Assembly: GCA_026419015.1 (NCBI GenBank)
Contig: JAOAAF010000002.1
Coordinates: 811 to 64,810, forward strand
Direction: 5' to 3'
From: Spirochaetota bacterium
GTDB lineage: Bacteria; Spirochaetota; UBA4802; JAGODF01
DNA: 64,000 bases
In this document: positions 46,768 through 56,558 of the stretch, piece after piece
How the letters are laid out: every line of letters begins with the position of its first letter
Numbering within the stretch: the stretch's first letter is position 1
Translations under genes and position numbers: made by a program
Notes under the pieces: generated by a model
Seen by the model: the letters and a program-made list of their open reading frames with translations, nothing else
Told to the model about the DNA's origin: nothing
The model's database searches: none

Positions 46768-47550
46768 TTATTGTTGGGCTGTTGGTTTGTTTCGCCTAAA
46801 AACTCCCATAAAATAAGGTTCTGTGATGATTTCGTCTTCGGTGAGCCCATAGAGCAATTTGAATGAATCTCTATGCTCATTTAAAAATTGCCGCGCATGG
46901 GTGCATATCTCTGTCCCAAAGAAATTTTCGCAGTGGTTAAACGCAACTTTTAAATCTCTCTGGAAAGAAGCAATGCTACTTTTGATGAATGTGAAATCCT
47001 TTAATCCCATTATCGTCTTGAAATCTTCGGTAAGGTAGTAGTCGGTATGCAGAGGGCACAGCGTGCGCATGAAATCGTCATAGATGCCTTCGATGTCGTC
47101 ATCGCGCAAAACGACACCTGCAAAAAATAAAATGCCATCAAAATTGAGTGCCCGTTTAAATTCGTCGAGGCAACGGCTCGTATCGAAAAGATTAAGGTGA
47201 TCGATCGATATTATCAGATCAGCTTTGTAATAATCGATAGGAAAGCTGTGAATGTCGCCGGCAATGATGTTGAAGTGCTGGGAGAGATGTATGTCAGGTC
47301 TTTGTAAAAATTTTTTAATTTCATGTATCGAAGGTTCAACGACTACAATGCGCGCACTGGAATTTTTTAAAAGCGGAGTGAGAATTTCACCTCTTCCAAT
47401 CCCTATTTTGACAATAATTGACGGGTTATATGTGTGTATGACATCGAACAATCGCTCAAGGACGGTTTCAGTGCGGGATGACGGTTCGATGGTGAAGTTA
47501 TGATTTCGATCGAATTCGATATATCGTACAACTTCATTTAATCTGTTCAT
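46768..47550 (-). CDS. class I SAM-dependent methyltransferase (probable)
   Basis: IVKIGIGRGEILTPLL (motif I-like GxGxG), VVVEPS (motif II acidic residue), DLIISIDHL. Confidence 0.6.
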   Translation of the reverse strand: MNRLNEVVRYIEFDRNHNFTIEPSSRTETVLERLFDVIHTYNPSIIVKIGIGRGEILTPLLKNSSARIVVVEPSIHEIKKFLQRPDIHLSQHFNIIAGDIHSFPIDYYKADLIISIDHLNLFDTSRCLDEFKRALNFDGILFFAGVVLRDDDIEGIYDDFMRTLCPLHTDYYLTEDFKTIMGLKDFTFIKSSIASFQRDLKVAFNHCENFFGTEICTHARQFLNEHRDSFKLLYGLTEDEIITEPYFMGVFRRNKPTAQQ

Positions 47551-47802
47551 GGATTTCCTAAAATTGCAATATCAAATGTAATTTCAATTAAGCGAAATTA
47601 CCATATACCGCGAATATTTCAATTCATTTTTTGTATTGACACGAATTCCATTCCGATTCATGCTCGAAAATGCACATTGGCAGTTCATGATAATTGGAAT
47701 TGGGTGTGAAAGATGAGGGAAAATGAGGATGCGAATCTTGTAAATTTGCATTGTGGACCAGCAACGGACGAACGGTTAATGTTGTGCGAGGTTTGGTAGC
47801 TT

Positions 47803-49074
47803 ATGGGTATCGATATGAAAATGCACGTAGAAAATTTTGTAAGCAGGGACGACCTTGTTTGCATTGCAGAAAGAGAAAAAGTTACTCTTGCTCATCTCGA
47901 AGAGGGTATCCGCGAAGGGAGCATTGTTGTTCTTAAAAATAAAAATCATTCAATAGCTCCGCTTGCAATTGGAAAGGGTTTGTTTACGAAGGTCAATGCG
48001 AACATCGGTTCATCGCCCGACTTTTTTGATATAAACGTAGAAATGGAAAAGCTTCAAGTAGCCATCGAAAGCGGTGCCGATACCGTAATGGATTTGTCCA
48101 CAGGAGGAGATCTTACCGCATTCCGGCGTCGCATTCTTGAAGCTTCTCCTATTCCTTTAGGAACGGTTCCGATTTATGAAGCAGCGGTGGAAATGCGAAA
48201 AGCAAATCGATCGATTATGGAAATGACCATAGACGATTTTTTGAAGGTGGTTCGCCGTCAGGCAGAGGATGGAGTGGATTACATGACCATTCATGCAGGC
48301 GTTACAAAAGGGGCGCTTGAATCGCTTGCTTCCCAGCAAAGAATATTGGGTATTACAAGCCGCGGTGGTTCTATCATCGCGCACTGGATTGCTCACAATA
48401 AAAAAGAAAACCCGCTATACGAGCATTTTGACGAAATACTCGATATTTTGGCGGAATTCAATGTTGCAATTAGCCTTGGCGATGGCCTTCGCCCGGGGGC
48501 AATACACGATGCAAGCGATCGCGGACAGGTGCATGAAATGCTGATATTGGGAAGATTAGCGCGCCGCGCGCGAGCGAAAGGAGTTCAAGTCATCATTGAA
48601 GGTCCTGGCCATATGCCGATCGATTTGATTGCTGACAACATGCGATTGGAAAAAACGCTTTGCGATGGGGCGCCGTATTATGTGTTGGGACCGCTGGTGA
48701 CCGATATCGCACCAGGATACGATCACATTACCTCAGCTATTGGCGGGGCAATTGCTGCCGCTAGCGGTGCTGATTTCCTTTGCTACGTCCCTCCCGCCGA
48801 ACATCTTCGCCTTCCCACAGTCGAGGATGTGCGAGTTGGCGTAATCGCTTCAAAGATTGCCGCTCATGCGGGAGATCTTGTGAAAAGGCGCAGCGATGCC
48901 ATCCAATTGGACAATGAAATGTCGAAAGCGCGAAAAAAACGAGATTGGGAAGCGATGTTTCGTTTGGCTCTTGATGGTGCAAAGGCGCGGAAGATGAGAT
49001 TGGAAATTCCTTCACAGAATGATCAATGTTCGATGTGCGGCGAGTTTTGCGCAATTAAACAGTGCGAGGAATAA
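47803..49074 (+). CDS. thiC: phosphomethylpyrimidine synthase (short form)
   Basis: GTVPIYEA, MTIHAGV, ITSRGGS, SLGDGLRPG, IEGPGHMP, and a C-terminal CSMCGEFC cluster motif. Confidence 0.9.
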   Translation: MGIDMKMHVENFVSRDDLVCIAEREKVTLAHLEEGIREGSIVVLKNKNHSIAPLAIGKGLFTKVNANIGSSPDFFDINVEMEKLQVAIESGADTVMDLSTGGDLTAFRRRILEASPIPLGTVPIYEAAVEMRKANRSIMEMTIDDFLKVVRRQAEDGVDYMTIHAGVTKGALESLASQQRILGITSRGGSIIAHWIAHNKKENPLYEHFDEILDILAEFNVAISLGDGLRPGAIHDASDRGQVHEMLILGRLARRARAKGVQVIIEGPGHMPIDLIADNMRLEKTLCDGAPYYVLGPLVTDIAPGYDHITSAIGGAIAAASGADFLCYVPPAEHLRLPTVEDVRVGVIASKIAAHAGDLVKRRSDAIQLDNEMSKARKKRDWEAMFRLALDGAKARKMRLEIPSQNDQCSMCGEFCAIKQCEE

Positions 49075-49123
49075 TTCTATAATTTTTGCAAATCAGCGTA
49101 TAATTATTAGGAGGAAAAACACA

Positions 49124-49936
49124 ATGTCCAAAGACGCGGTGTACTACGATTCGTACAAAGAGGAACGCGATCTTATTCTTGAGTATAACCAAGTGAAACT
49201 CGATGATGTTAAAATGATTAATTTAATGGGAGTTGGGGTAGATAACCTTACCCGTGCTCAGGCGGTGGTGAAGGTGATGAAAATGATCGAAAGCGGTGGC
49301 ATTCATCATGTGATGGCACTCAATCCGTATAAAATTTTGCGAATACGCGCTAATAGCGATCTTGGATTAATTGCAAGCAAAGCTGATTTGCGCCTTCCGT
49401 GTGGTGGTGGGTTGATGTGGGCATCGCGCATGATTAAAAATCCATTGAAAGAAAAAATTCATTTTATAAGCTTTCTTATGGATCTCGTGCGCATTTCGGA
49501 AATAAAGGATTATACAATTTTTGTGGTAGGAGGAAAACCTGAGATAACCGAAAAAGCGTTTTTAAACATAAAAAAATCATTTCCCGAGGTCCGCATTGTA
49601 GGGCGCCATGGCGGATATTTCACCCCAGAGCGCGAAAAATCTGTTGTGGAAGCAATGCGAAAATCTCAGGCAAATATAATATTTGTAGGACTCGGTTTTC
49701 CGAAAGAAGAAAAATGGATTTACAAAGTTAAAAACGAATTTAAAAATGCTGTTTTCATCAGCGTGGGAGGAAGCATAGATATCATTTCGGGGGAAATTAA
49801 AAAAGCACCTGCATTTTTTATGGAAAGAGGTCTTGATTGGTTTTATAGAATAATTACGCGCCCATGGCGAATCGGGAGGCTTTTTCGCCTTGCGTATTTT
49901 TATTTATACTTCATTGTCAAAAGGATTTTTATTTAA
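49124..49936 (+). CDS. WecB/TagA/CpsF-family glycosyltransferase
   Basis: AGGAGG RBS before ATG 49124. INLMGVGVDNLT, NPYKILR, IFVGLGFPKEEKWI, GLDWFYRIITRPWR. Confidence 0.85.
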   Translation: MSKDAVYYDSYKEERDLILEYNQVKLDDVKMINLMGVGVDNLTRAQAVVKVMKMIESGGIHHVMALNPYKILRIRANSDLGLIASKADLRLPCGGGLMWASRMIKNPLKEKIHFISFLMDLVRISEIKDYTIFVVGGKPEITEKAFLNIKKSFPEVRIVGRHGGYFTPEREKSVVEAMRKSQANIIFVGLGFPKEEKWIYKVKNEFKNAVFISVGGSIDIISGEIKKAPAFFMERGLDWFYRIITRPWRIGRLFRLAYFYLYFIVKRIFI

Positions 49937-50019
49937 CGCTTATTTTAAATTCTAAGTTAAACTTTTTTAAATTTAAAGTTAATTTTTCATTAAGTTATTC
50001 TTGAGGTTTTTGATTTTCG

Positions 50020-51309
50020 ATGGAAACTGAATTAGTGACGCCCGAAAAACTTGATTACCTTGAACGGCAGCTTCACAACTTAAGTAAACTTGTGGAAATA
50101 AACAGTATTATCAATTCCACGCTCGATATCGGGAAACTTTTATATATTATTATGGAAATCATTAAAGAGATTATGGAAACGGAGGCAAGCACGCTTTTGC
50201 TCTATGAGGAGGAAACGCATGATCTTGTGTTTAAAGTTGCACTAGGTGAAGCGGGAAAAGAACTTCAGGAAAAATATCGAGTAAAAATTGGACAAGGGAT
50301 TGCGGGGTGGGTGGCAGAACACCGTAAGGTGGTTTACATAAACGATGTGTACAGCGATCCGCGATTTGATCCTAATTTCGATAAAAAAACGGGGTTTGTT
50401 ACTAAATCAATACTCTGTGCACCGCTTTTATTTAAAGGAAAGCTTCTGGGCGTAATTCAAGCGATCAATCCAACTAACAAATCTGGATTCGATGATGACG
50501 ACGTGGTGCTTTTCAACGCGTTTGCAAATCAGGCTGCATTAGCAGTACAGAATGCAATTTTTTTTCAAAATGCAATAGAGGAAGAGCGCATTAAAAATGA
50601 GCTCGCTGCTGCGCATTCGATCCACCATTCATTGCTACCAAAGATACGCGTAGAAGAAAAGGAATATTCGCTTTCAGCGAGATCTGTTTCAGCGAGGGAG
50701 GTCGGCGGAGAGTTTTACGATATTTATTTTTTTGATAATCGCTTGGCGATCACGCTAGGCGATATCCACACAAAGGGGATCCCGGGAGCGTTGCAAGCAT
50801 CGATTATAAATGGAGCTGTGAAAAGCCTTGCGACCATTGGAGGATTGACCCCTGAATTTGTTCATTCGCGCATAAATGCGCTAATAAAAAATCGCATAGG
50901 TGCAATACGGCAAGTTTCGCTTTTTTACGGACTTTTTACTCTTAACGAAAAATCGATCAGTTTTGTAAATTCCGGTATTGCCTATCCGATTTTGGTTCGC
51001 GATGGTGTTGCGCGGTATATTAAGATTGGTGGAAAATCGCTGGATGGCTCAAAAAGAGATTTTAAAAAAGTAAAGATAAATTTCAAAAAAGGCGATGCGC
51101 TTGTCATTGTCACCGATGGGCTCGTTGCCCGGAAAAATCGAAATGGCATACAGCTTGGGTTAAAGCGAGTGATGGATTTCTTAAGTAAAACGACGGGGAC
51201 AGCGACGACGATTGTCGATGCGCTGTTTTCCTTCGCTGATGAATTTACGGAAGGCGTTGAAGTGAAGGAAGATATATCGGTAATTGCGCTAAAAATTCAT
51301 TCGGATTAA
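50020..51309 (+). CDS. GAF-domain / PP2C-type (SpoIIE, RsbU-like) serine phosphatase
   Basis: GAF (GIAGWVAEHRKVVYINDVYSDPRF...LCAPLLFKGKLLGVIQAIN), then SpoIIE (GGEFYDIYFF, LGDIHTKGIPGAL, VIVTDGL, EDISVIALKI). Confidence 0.85.
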   Translation: METELVTPEKLDYLERQLHNLSKLVEINSIINSTLDIGKLLYIIMEIIKEIMETEASTLLLYEEETHDLVFKVALGEAGKELQEKYRVKIGQGIAGWVAEHRKVVYINDVYSDPRFDPNFDKKTGFVTKSILCAPLLFKGKLLGVIQAINPTNKSGFDDDDVVLFNAFANQAALAVQNAIFFQNAIEEERIKNELAAAHSIHHSLLPKIRVEEKEYSLSARSVSAREVGGEFYDIYFFDNRLAITLGDIHTKGIPGALQASIINGAVKSLATIGGLTPEFVHSRINALIKNRIGAIRQVSLFYGLFTLNEKSISFVNSGIAYPILVRDGVARYIKIGGKSLDGSKRDFKKVKINFKKGDALVIVTDGLVARKNRNGIQLGLKRVMDFLSKTTGTATTIVDALFSFADEFTEGVEVKEDISVIALKIHSD

Positions 51310-51312
51310 GCG

Positions 51313-51534
51313 ATGTCTAATTACGTGTCTGTGATATTTTGCCGCAATTGTGGTTCACGATATGTGGAAGCATTTCCAGAACAGAATGCGAGCATTGTAT
51401 TTTTTTGCCGCGCATGCGGAGTTCGTGAGATTACAAATAAATTTACGCTCGGCCGATGCAAGGTAGGAAATACCGAGCTTCAAAATGCGTTCGATACCAG
51501 AGCAGGAAAAGTAAAACCTGAAAGGGTGAAGTGA
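51313..51534 (+). CDS. small zinc-ribbon protein (hypothetical)
   Basis: 73 aa with two CxxC pairs (CRNCGS ... CRACGV). Starts 4 nt after the phosphatase stop. Confidence 0.45.
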   Translation: MSNYVSVIFCRNCGSRYVEAFPEQNASIVFFCRACGVREITNKFTLGRCKVGNTELQNAFDTRAGKVKPERVK

Positions 51535-51541
51535 TTGCGAT

Positions 51542-52009
51542 ATGGCGAATCGAATCATCGGTACCCATATGTGTTCATTTTTGTTGATGGGTATTCTTGT
51601 GTGTTTTGTTGTCCAGTGTAAGGATGAAAGTCGATTCGTTGAACCGAACTATGTGCTTCAAAAATGGGCGAGAGCAATCCAACAATTGAATTATCGCGAA
51701 TATGCTTCCTGCGAAGCTTATCCGAAAGAAGAAGCAGTTTTTCGCGAAATGTATCGCGAGTATTATTTGGCAGAGATAATGACAACCGAGGTTGACGAGA
51801 TATCCCAGTCAAAGGAATTAAAAGATCATGAGGGGAATCGCTATCTTCGTAGAACCCTTGAATTCGAAGCAACGATTGTAAAAAGGAACACAGGGAAGCC
51901 CGATGGCATTGTTCGTGGCAATGCGGATTTTATCCGTTATCTTGAAGGAAAGCGCGCAAAAGATGGGTGGCTGTTGTCGAATCGCACAATTATTTTTGTA
52001 CCCCGTTGA
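51542..52009 (+). CDS. hypothetical membrane-anchored or lipo-protein
   Basis: 155-aa ORF with hydrophobic N-terminus ending VVQC (lipobox-like). No recognised domain. Confidence 0.45.
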   Translation: MANRIIGTHMCSFLLMGILVCFVVQCKDESRFVEPNYVLQKWARAIQQLNYREYASCEAYPKEEAVFREMYREYYLAEIMTTEVDEISQSKELKDHEGNRYLRRTLEFEATIVKRNTGKPDGIVRGNADFIRYLEGKRAKDGWLLSNRTIIFVPR

Positions 52010-52778
52010 GTTTTGTGCACATAAATCCAGTCCACCCCTTCCAGAATACCATCTTATTGATTTTAAGATTTTGTTGGGAAAAACAATCTGCAACTTTTGA
52101 AGCGCTGCTGCTGCTTATGCCGCTTGCGATGAGGACTCCTTTTGGTTTGATGAAGTTGCAAATGGCAGAAGCATTTTTCAGAAAAACGCCTGTAACTAGA
52201 TTTGCGGTAACGATATCATACGGACTTTGAAAAGAAAAGTGCGCTACATCGCAGCAATAAAGATTAATTTTGCACTGATTTGCGGCGGCATTTTGGGTAG
52301 CACATTGCACCGCATCATCGACAATATCAATTGCATCGACATGTCCTATCCCGCATTTATATGCGAATAGTGCTAAAATTCCGCTTCCCGTTCCAACATC
52401 GATAAGCCGCATCGACGAACGCATTTGTAAAGAGTATGCAGAAATTATTTCTCCAAGCAAATGTATGCACAGCTCAGTGGTGGGATGTTTGCCGTCGCCA
52501 AATGCATTGTGCGCATCGATGGTGAGTTCAACGGTCTCATCTGCATAGGGTGTTTCAATTAAAAATACTCGAGAGACACCTTCGTCAATGATTATAATAG
52601 ATTCTCTTTCTTCGCGATTAATATGCGCATCATATTCTGTTGTGGGAAGGAGGAAAGGGATGCAGAGCTTCCATTGGGATGGCCATAACAGAAAGCTCTC
52701 GGGAAAAATCGGTTCTTCGTGGAAAAAGCCATTGATGCGTTGTGAAATAGAGGTTGGGAAAATCCGTACTGTTAACAT
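51990..52778 (-). CDS. prmA: ribosomal protein L11 methyltransferase
   Basis: IDAHNAFGDGKHPTTELC, LIDVGTGSGILA, AIDIVDDAV, and the ANL... motif pattern of PrmA. Confidence 0.8.
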   Translation of the reverse strand: MLTVRIFPTSISQRINGFFHEEPIFPESFLLWPSQWKLCIPFLLPTTEYDAHINREERESIIIIDEGVSRVFLIETPYADETVELTIDAHNAFGDGKHPTTELCIHLLGEIISAYSLQMRSSMRLIDVGTGSGILALFAYKCGIGHVDAIDIVDDAVQCATQNAAANQCKINLYCCDVAHFSFQSPYDIVTANLVTGVFLKNASAICNFIKPKGVLIASGISSSSASKVADCFSQQNLKINKMVFWKGWTGFMCTKLNGVQK

Positions 52779-52792
52779 GTTGATGAAGTTTA

Positions 52793-53737
52793 TTAAATTC
52801 CTACAGAATCAATTCCAACTTTTGCAGCGCCTAATGCAGGGGTTTTGTCTTCATTTTTTATTATTAAGTATTTCACGTTGTCCTTTAATCCTGGGAGTGC
52901 GCGCTCGGCGACGACCTTTTTTGCAATGGGGAGAAGAAACTGATGAGCGCGGGATAGCCCGCCACCGAGGATAATTGCTTCGGGATTGAAGATATTTACC
53001 AATCCCGCTAACCCAATTCCCAAATAAAAACCAACTTCGTCAAATGCCTCGCGCGCGATTTTATCGCCCCTTTTTGCTTCTTCGAATATCATGCGTGCGG
53101 TTAAATCGGCCGTTTTTATTCGTTCGTGGAGCGATGATTTGTTTTTTTTCAGCTTCCCTTTGGTAATTTCTACAAGAGCAGTCGCCGATGCATATCGTTC
53201 GAAACATCCTCTATTCCCACAGGGGCATTGTTTCCCTTTATAATCGATTGTAAGATGTCCCACTTCCATAGAACTGCCCGATTGACCCGTGTACACTTTG
53301 TTATCGATAACAGCGCCACCGCCAATGCCAGTGCCTAATGTGAGCATGATCCAATTTTTAAACTTTTTCCCGTGGCCGATCCACCATTCGCCTATCACTG
53401 CCGCGGTTGCATCGTTTTCTAAGAAAGTTCGGACACCTGTTTTCTTTTCAATTATTGGGGCTAATGGGTAATTTTTCCATGCTTGTATATTTGGGCTCGT
53501 AATTATGATCCCTTTTTTCCCATCGATTGCCCCTGCGGCACCAATGCCAATTGAATTGAGAGCGGTAATCCTGAACCCCTTTTTTTCTAACATTTTTTGA
53601 AGTAAATTCACTATCGCCGTGTTAATTTCTTCCGCGGTCTTAGGAGTTCGTTCTTTTCCGCTGGCTAATATCAATCCCTCGCGGTTGGTAATCACAGCTT
53701 TAATATTGGTTCCCCCAATGTCAATTCCTGCAAACAT
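52793..53737 (-). CDS. ROK-family glucokinase
   Basis: MFAGIDIGGTNIK start with a GGAGGG RBS. ENDATAAVIGEWW, GTGIGGG, and the ROK zinc motif GHLTIDYKGKQCPCGNRGCFE. Confidence 0.85.
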   Translation of the reverse strand: MFAGIDIGGTNIKAVITNREGLILASGKERTPKTAEEINTAIVNLLQKMLEKKGFRITALNSIGIGAAGAIDGKKGIIITSPNIQAWKNYPLAPIIEKKTGVRTFLENDATAAVIGEWWIGHGKKFKNWIMLTLGTGIGGGAVIDNKVYTGQSGSSMEVGHLTIDYKGKQCPCGNRGCFERYASATALVEITKGKLKKNKSSLHERIKTADLTARMIFEEAKRGDKIAREAFDEVGFYLGIGLAGLVNIFNPEAIILGGGLSRAHQFLLPIAKKVVAERALPGLKDNVKYLIIKNEDKTPALGAAKVGIDSVGI

Positions 53738-54283
53738 TCTTTTCCCTCCACAATTGCGATGTCCGATGCACAAAAGTAAGGTACTCAAATAATGCGCATT
53801 GTATTTGCGGCAACAATTTTTCGAAAAATTATTCCAATCAGAAAGTAAATTATAAAAATTTCGCAGCGGTTAATATTAAAAGAATTATAAGGTAAAAAGA
53901 GCAACAAATATGGCACGCATATTAAATCTTTGTTCAATTTTATTGAAAATTGTTTTGGTGTTTTATTCCCAATTGGCTGATCTTATTTTAAAAATTGAAA
54001 TCTGCGAAAGTTTGTTTTTGGAGGTAATCGGTCAATTGTGATAAACGACGAGAAGTTAAATGAGTCAATTACGTCATTTTCTCTTTGAACACCTTTGAAC
54101 TCGTATGAGAATTTTTGGTTTTTCAAATTTTTCAATATTTCATATCGATACCGTATAATGTCGACTAAATCGAGTTCAAAGAAGATTTTTTGCCGAAATA
54201 TTTGACTTTTTTATGTACATCGTTGAACGGTGGAGATGTGTGCGGTATTATTTGAATGCACAGCTCAATGCGGGAAAAAAGAG

Positions 54284-55165
54284 ATGAAAATCGAGAATAA
54301 CATTAACGAATTAATTGATTCGCAATGGTTAATCGATTTGCATACGCATACAACTGCTTCAGACGGAATTTTTAGCCCGAAAGATCTTATTGATTACGCA
54401 GTGGAAATAGGGTGTCGAGTGCTGGCGATCGCAGATCACGATACTGTTGCTGGATTAGAGAGCGCAATCCAATATGCGGCGGGAAAAGATATTGTTTTAG
54501 TTCCATCTGTTGAGTTTAGTATTGACTATGAAAATGGGTCGTTTCATTTGTTAGGCATGAATATTAATCATCGCGATGATATGCTCCTTGAGGCGATCAA
54601 CGATTTGCAAGAAAAAAGAAGTACCCGCATTACGCGGATCGTAAATGATTTAAAAAAACATGGAATTTATATCCGGGAAGAAGAGATCATTGCAGAGGCG
54701 GGAGGGGAATCAATTGGACGCCCGCATGTTGCGAGAGTTTTGGTACGGCATGGGTATGCGCGAAATATAGAGGATGTATTTAAAAAATATCTTGTGCCAG
54801 GAAAACCAGGGTATGTCAAAAAAGAAAAAATTACCCTCGAACAAGCAATCGCCCTCATTCGACATGCAGGGGGAAAAGCAATAGTGGCTCATCCCGTTTC
54901 TTTGAATGTGAGCGGATATCGGCAATTGGACTATGAACTATTGCGGTTTCGCGAAAAGGGAATTGATGGTATTGAAGTATACGCGACGATGCACGAAAAT
55001 GATTTTATACAACATTTGCTCGATTTTGCTGGAAAATACGGATTAGCTATTTCTGGTGGAAGCGATTTTCATGGCGATAAGCACGAACAACTCGGTTTTT
55101 ATGGGCCTCCGCGAAAAATTCCTTCCGCGATATGGGATCCGCTTTCTCATATCCTAAAATTGTGA
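54284..55165 (+). CDS. PHP-domain phosphoesterase (TrpH/YciV-like)
   Basis: IDLHTHTTASDG, LAIADHDT, HLLG, GRPH, VAHP, GGSDFHG. Start set at MKIENN (ATG 54284). Confidence 0.8.
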   Translation: MKIENNINELIDSQWLIDLHTHTTASDGIFSPKDLIDYAVEIGCRVLAIADHDTVAGLESAIQYAAGKDIVLVPSVEFSIDYENGSFHLLGMNINHRDDMLLEAINDLQEKRSTRITRIVNDLKKHGIYIREEEIIAEAGGESIGRPHVARVLVRHGYARNIEDVFKKYLVPGKPGYVKKEKITLEQAIALIRHAGGKAIVAHPVSLNVSGYRQLDYELLRFREKGIDGIEVYATMHENDFIQHLLDFAGKYGLAISGGSDFHGDKHEQLGFYGPPRKIPSAIWDPLSHILKL

Positions 55166-55198
55166 TCACATGATTTAAAATAAAAATTTTTTGTCCTG

Positions 55199-55227
55199 TT
55201 GACGAATTGCGTTTTTATGTATATATT
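55199..55227 (+). promoter_or_regulatory. sigma-70 promoter of the hsp20 cluster
   Basis: TTGACG, 17 nt, TATATT, ending 4 nt before the CIRCE element. Confidence 0.55.
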
Positions 55228-55231
55228 TATA

Positions 55232-55258
55232 TTAGCACTCACTAATATAGAGTGCTAA
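55232..55258. promoter_or_regulatory. CIRCE operator (HrcA binding site)
   Basis: TTAGCACTC-actaatata-GAGTGCTAA is an exact match to the consensus TTAGCACTC-N9-GAGTGCTAA. It lies 26 nt upstream of the first hsp20 ATG. Confidence 0.9.
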
Positions 55259-55283
55259 TAATGAGAAAAATAGGAGGTGTGCA

Positions 55284-55742
55284 ATGAAATGGGCATTGAG
55301 AAAGCACAACAAAGATACGACGACATCGTTGGATGTATTTCGAAAAAAATTGGATAATTTGTTCGATGATTTCTTTTCTCTCACTCCTACCTCAATGTTT
55401 GAATTTGAATGGTCGCCTTCAGTCGATGTAGTCGAAGACGAAAGAGCAATTCATGTGAAGGCAGAAATACCAGGCATCGATGAAAAAGATCTCAAAGTTA
55501 CATTGGAAAACAACGTCCTTGTGATTGAGGGCGAAAAGAAGGAAGAACGGCACGAGGAAGATAAAAATACGAGATATGTGGTTTCAGAGCGTCGTTTTGG
55601 TTCATTCCGACGTGCCATTAGTTTGCCGGATGGTATTAAAACCGATAAAATCCGCGCTTCGTTCAAAAAAGGGGTGCTTCAAATTGAGATTCCAAAAGAT
55701 GAGAGTGCAAAACCGCGTAAAATTAATATCGAGGTAAAATAG
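55284..55742 (+). CDS. Hsp20/alpha-crystallin small heat-shock protein (copy 1)
   Basis: Alpha-crystallin domain: PSVDVVEDERAIHVKAEIPGIDEKDLKVTLENNVLVIEGEKK...FGSFRRAISLPDGI...ASFKKGVLQIEIPK. TAGGAGGT RBS. Confidence 0.9.
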   Translation: MKWALRKHNKDTTTSLDVFRKKLDNLFDDFFSLTPTSMFEFEWSPSVDVVEDERAIHVKAEIPGIDEKDLKVTLENNVLVIEGEKKEERHEEDKNTRYVVSERRFGSFRRAISLPDGIKTDKIRASFKKGVLQIEIPKDESAKPRKINIEVK

Positions 55743-55752
55743 GAGGTGTGCG

Positions 55753-56163
55753 ATGTTTACCACGTATGATGTGTTTGATGATTTGTTAAATTTTCGGAAT
55801 GCTGTCGATAGATTTTTTGACGAGCTTTCAACCTATGGAAGAAAATATGATATGCCGTATGTAAATCTCTATGAAAAAGGAGATCATATTGCTATTAAGG
55901 CGCTTCTTGCCGGCGTTAAGCCTGAGGATGTGGAAATTCATCTTGTAGAGAATAGCCTTGTACTTGAAGGGGAAAAGAAGGCAGATTATGTGGAGCGACC
56001 ATATATTCGAAAAGAACGTCACTTCGGAAAATTTAAAAAATCTATTCGCCTACCGTATCGCGTAGATCCATCGAAAGTGCAAGCGACGATGAAAAATGGG
56101 GTGCTCATCATCAAGCTTGAAAAGAGCGAAGAAGCAAAGCCACGCAGGATTGAAATAAAATAG
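55753..56163 (+). CDS. Hsp20/alpha-crystallin small heat-shock protein (copy 2)
   Basis: VNLYEKGDHIAIKALLAGVKPEDVEIHLVENSLVLEGEKK...FGKFKKSIRLPYRV...ATMKNGVLIIKLEK. TAGGAGGT RBS. Confidence 0.9.
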   Translation: MFTTYDVFDDLLNFRNAVDRFFDELSTYGRKYDMPYVNLYEKGDHIAIKALLAGVKPEDVEIHLVENSLVLEGEKKADYVERPYIRKERHFGKFKKSIRLPYRVDPSKVQATMKNGVLIIKLEKSEEAKPRRIEIK

Positions 56164-56174
56164 GAGGTAACGCC

Positions 56175-56546
56175 ATGATGAACGAAAGGAGAAAAATTAA
56201 GGGAAAAAATGAAGTGGTGCTTTTGCCACCAGTCGATATATACGAAACCGATGATGCGTTTATTCTTAAATGCGAAATGCCGGGCGTTGAGAAGGACAAT
56301 ATCGAAATTCTTCTCGATAACGATGAGCTAACGATTAAAGGAATTGTGAAAGAAAATGGGGAAGATTTAGGGACGCTCACCTATTCGGAATATCGCCTCT
56401 ACAACTATGAAAGAAAATTTCGTGTAGGCGATAATATTAATGGTTCTGCGATTAACGCATCGCTGGACAATGGAATTTTGACAATTACCTTGCCTAAGAG
56501 CGAAAAAGTAAAGCCTCGTAAAATTGAAATTACATTTGAAAAATAG
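56175..56546 (+). CDS. Hsp20/alpha-crystallin small heat-shock protein (copy 3)
   Basis: PPVDIYETDDAFILKCEMPGVEKDNIEILLDNDELTIKG...ERKFRVGDNI...ASLDNGILTITLPK. TAGGAGGT RBS. Confidence 0.9.
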   Translation: MMNERRKIKGKNEVVLLPPVDIYETDDAFILKCEMPGVEKDNIEILLDNDELTIKGIVKENGEDLGTLTYSEYRLYNYERKFRVGDNINGSAINASLDNGILTITLPKSEKVKPRKIEITFEK

Positions 56547-56558
56547 AATTGTGTTTTT

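Noticed and set aside
47600-47802. Expected a TPP (THI-box) riboswitch in the 250-nt leader of thiC
   Set aside because: I could not find the conserved CUGAGA and ACCUGAUCUGGAUAAUGCCAGCG-type cores. Only loose resemblances are present (TGGGTGTgaaagaTGAGG..., GGACCAGCaacGGA). An Infernal scan with RF00059 would settle it. Without that I do not call it.
53911-53926. TGGCACGcatatTAAA resembling a sigma-54 -24 element
   Set aside because: The -12 position lacks GC (TTAA instead of TTGC), so it does not fit the bipartite consensus.
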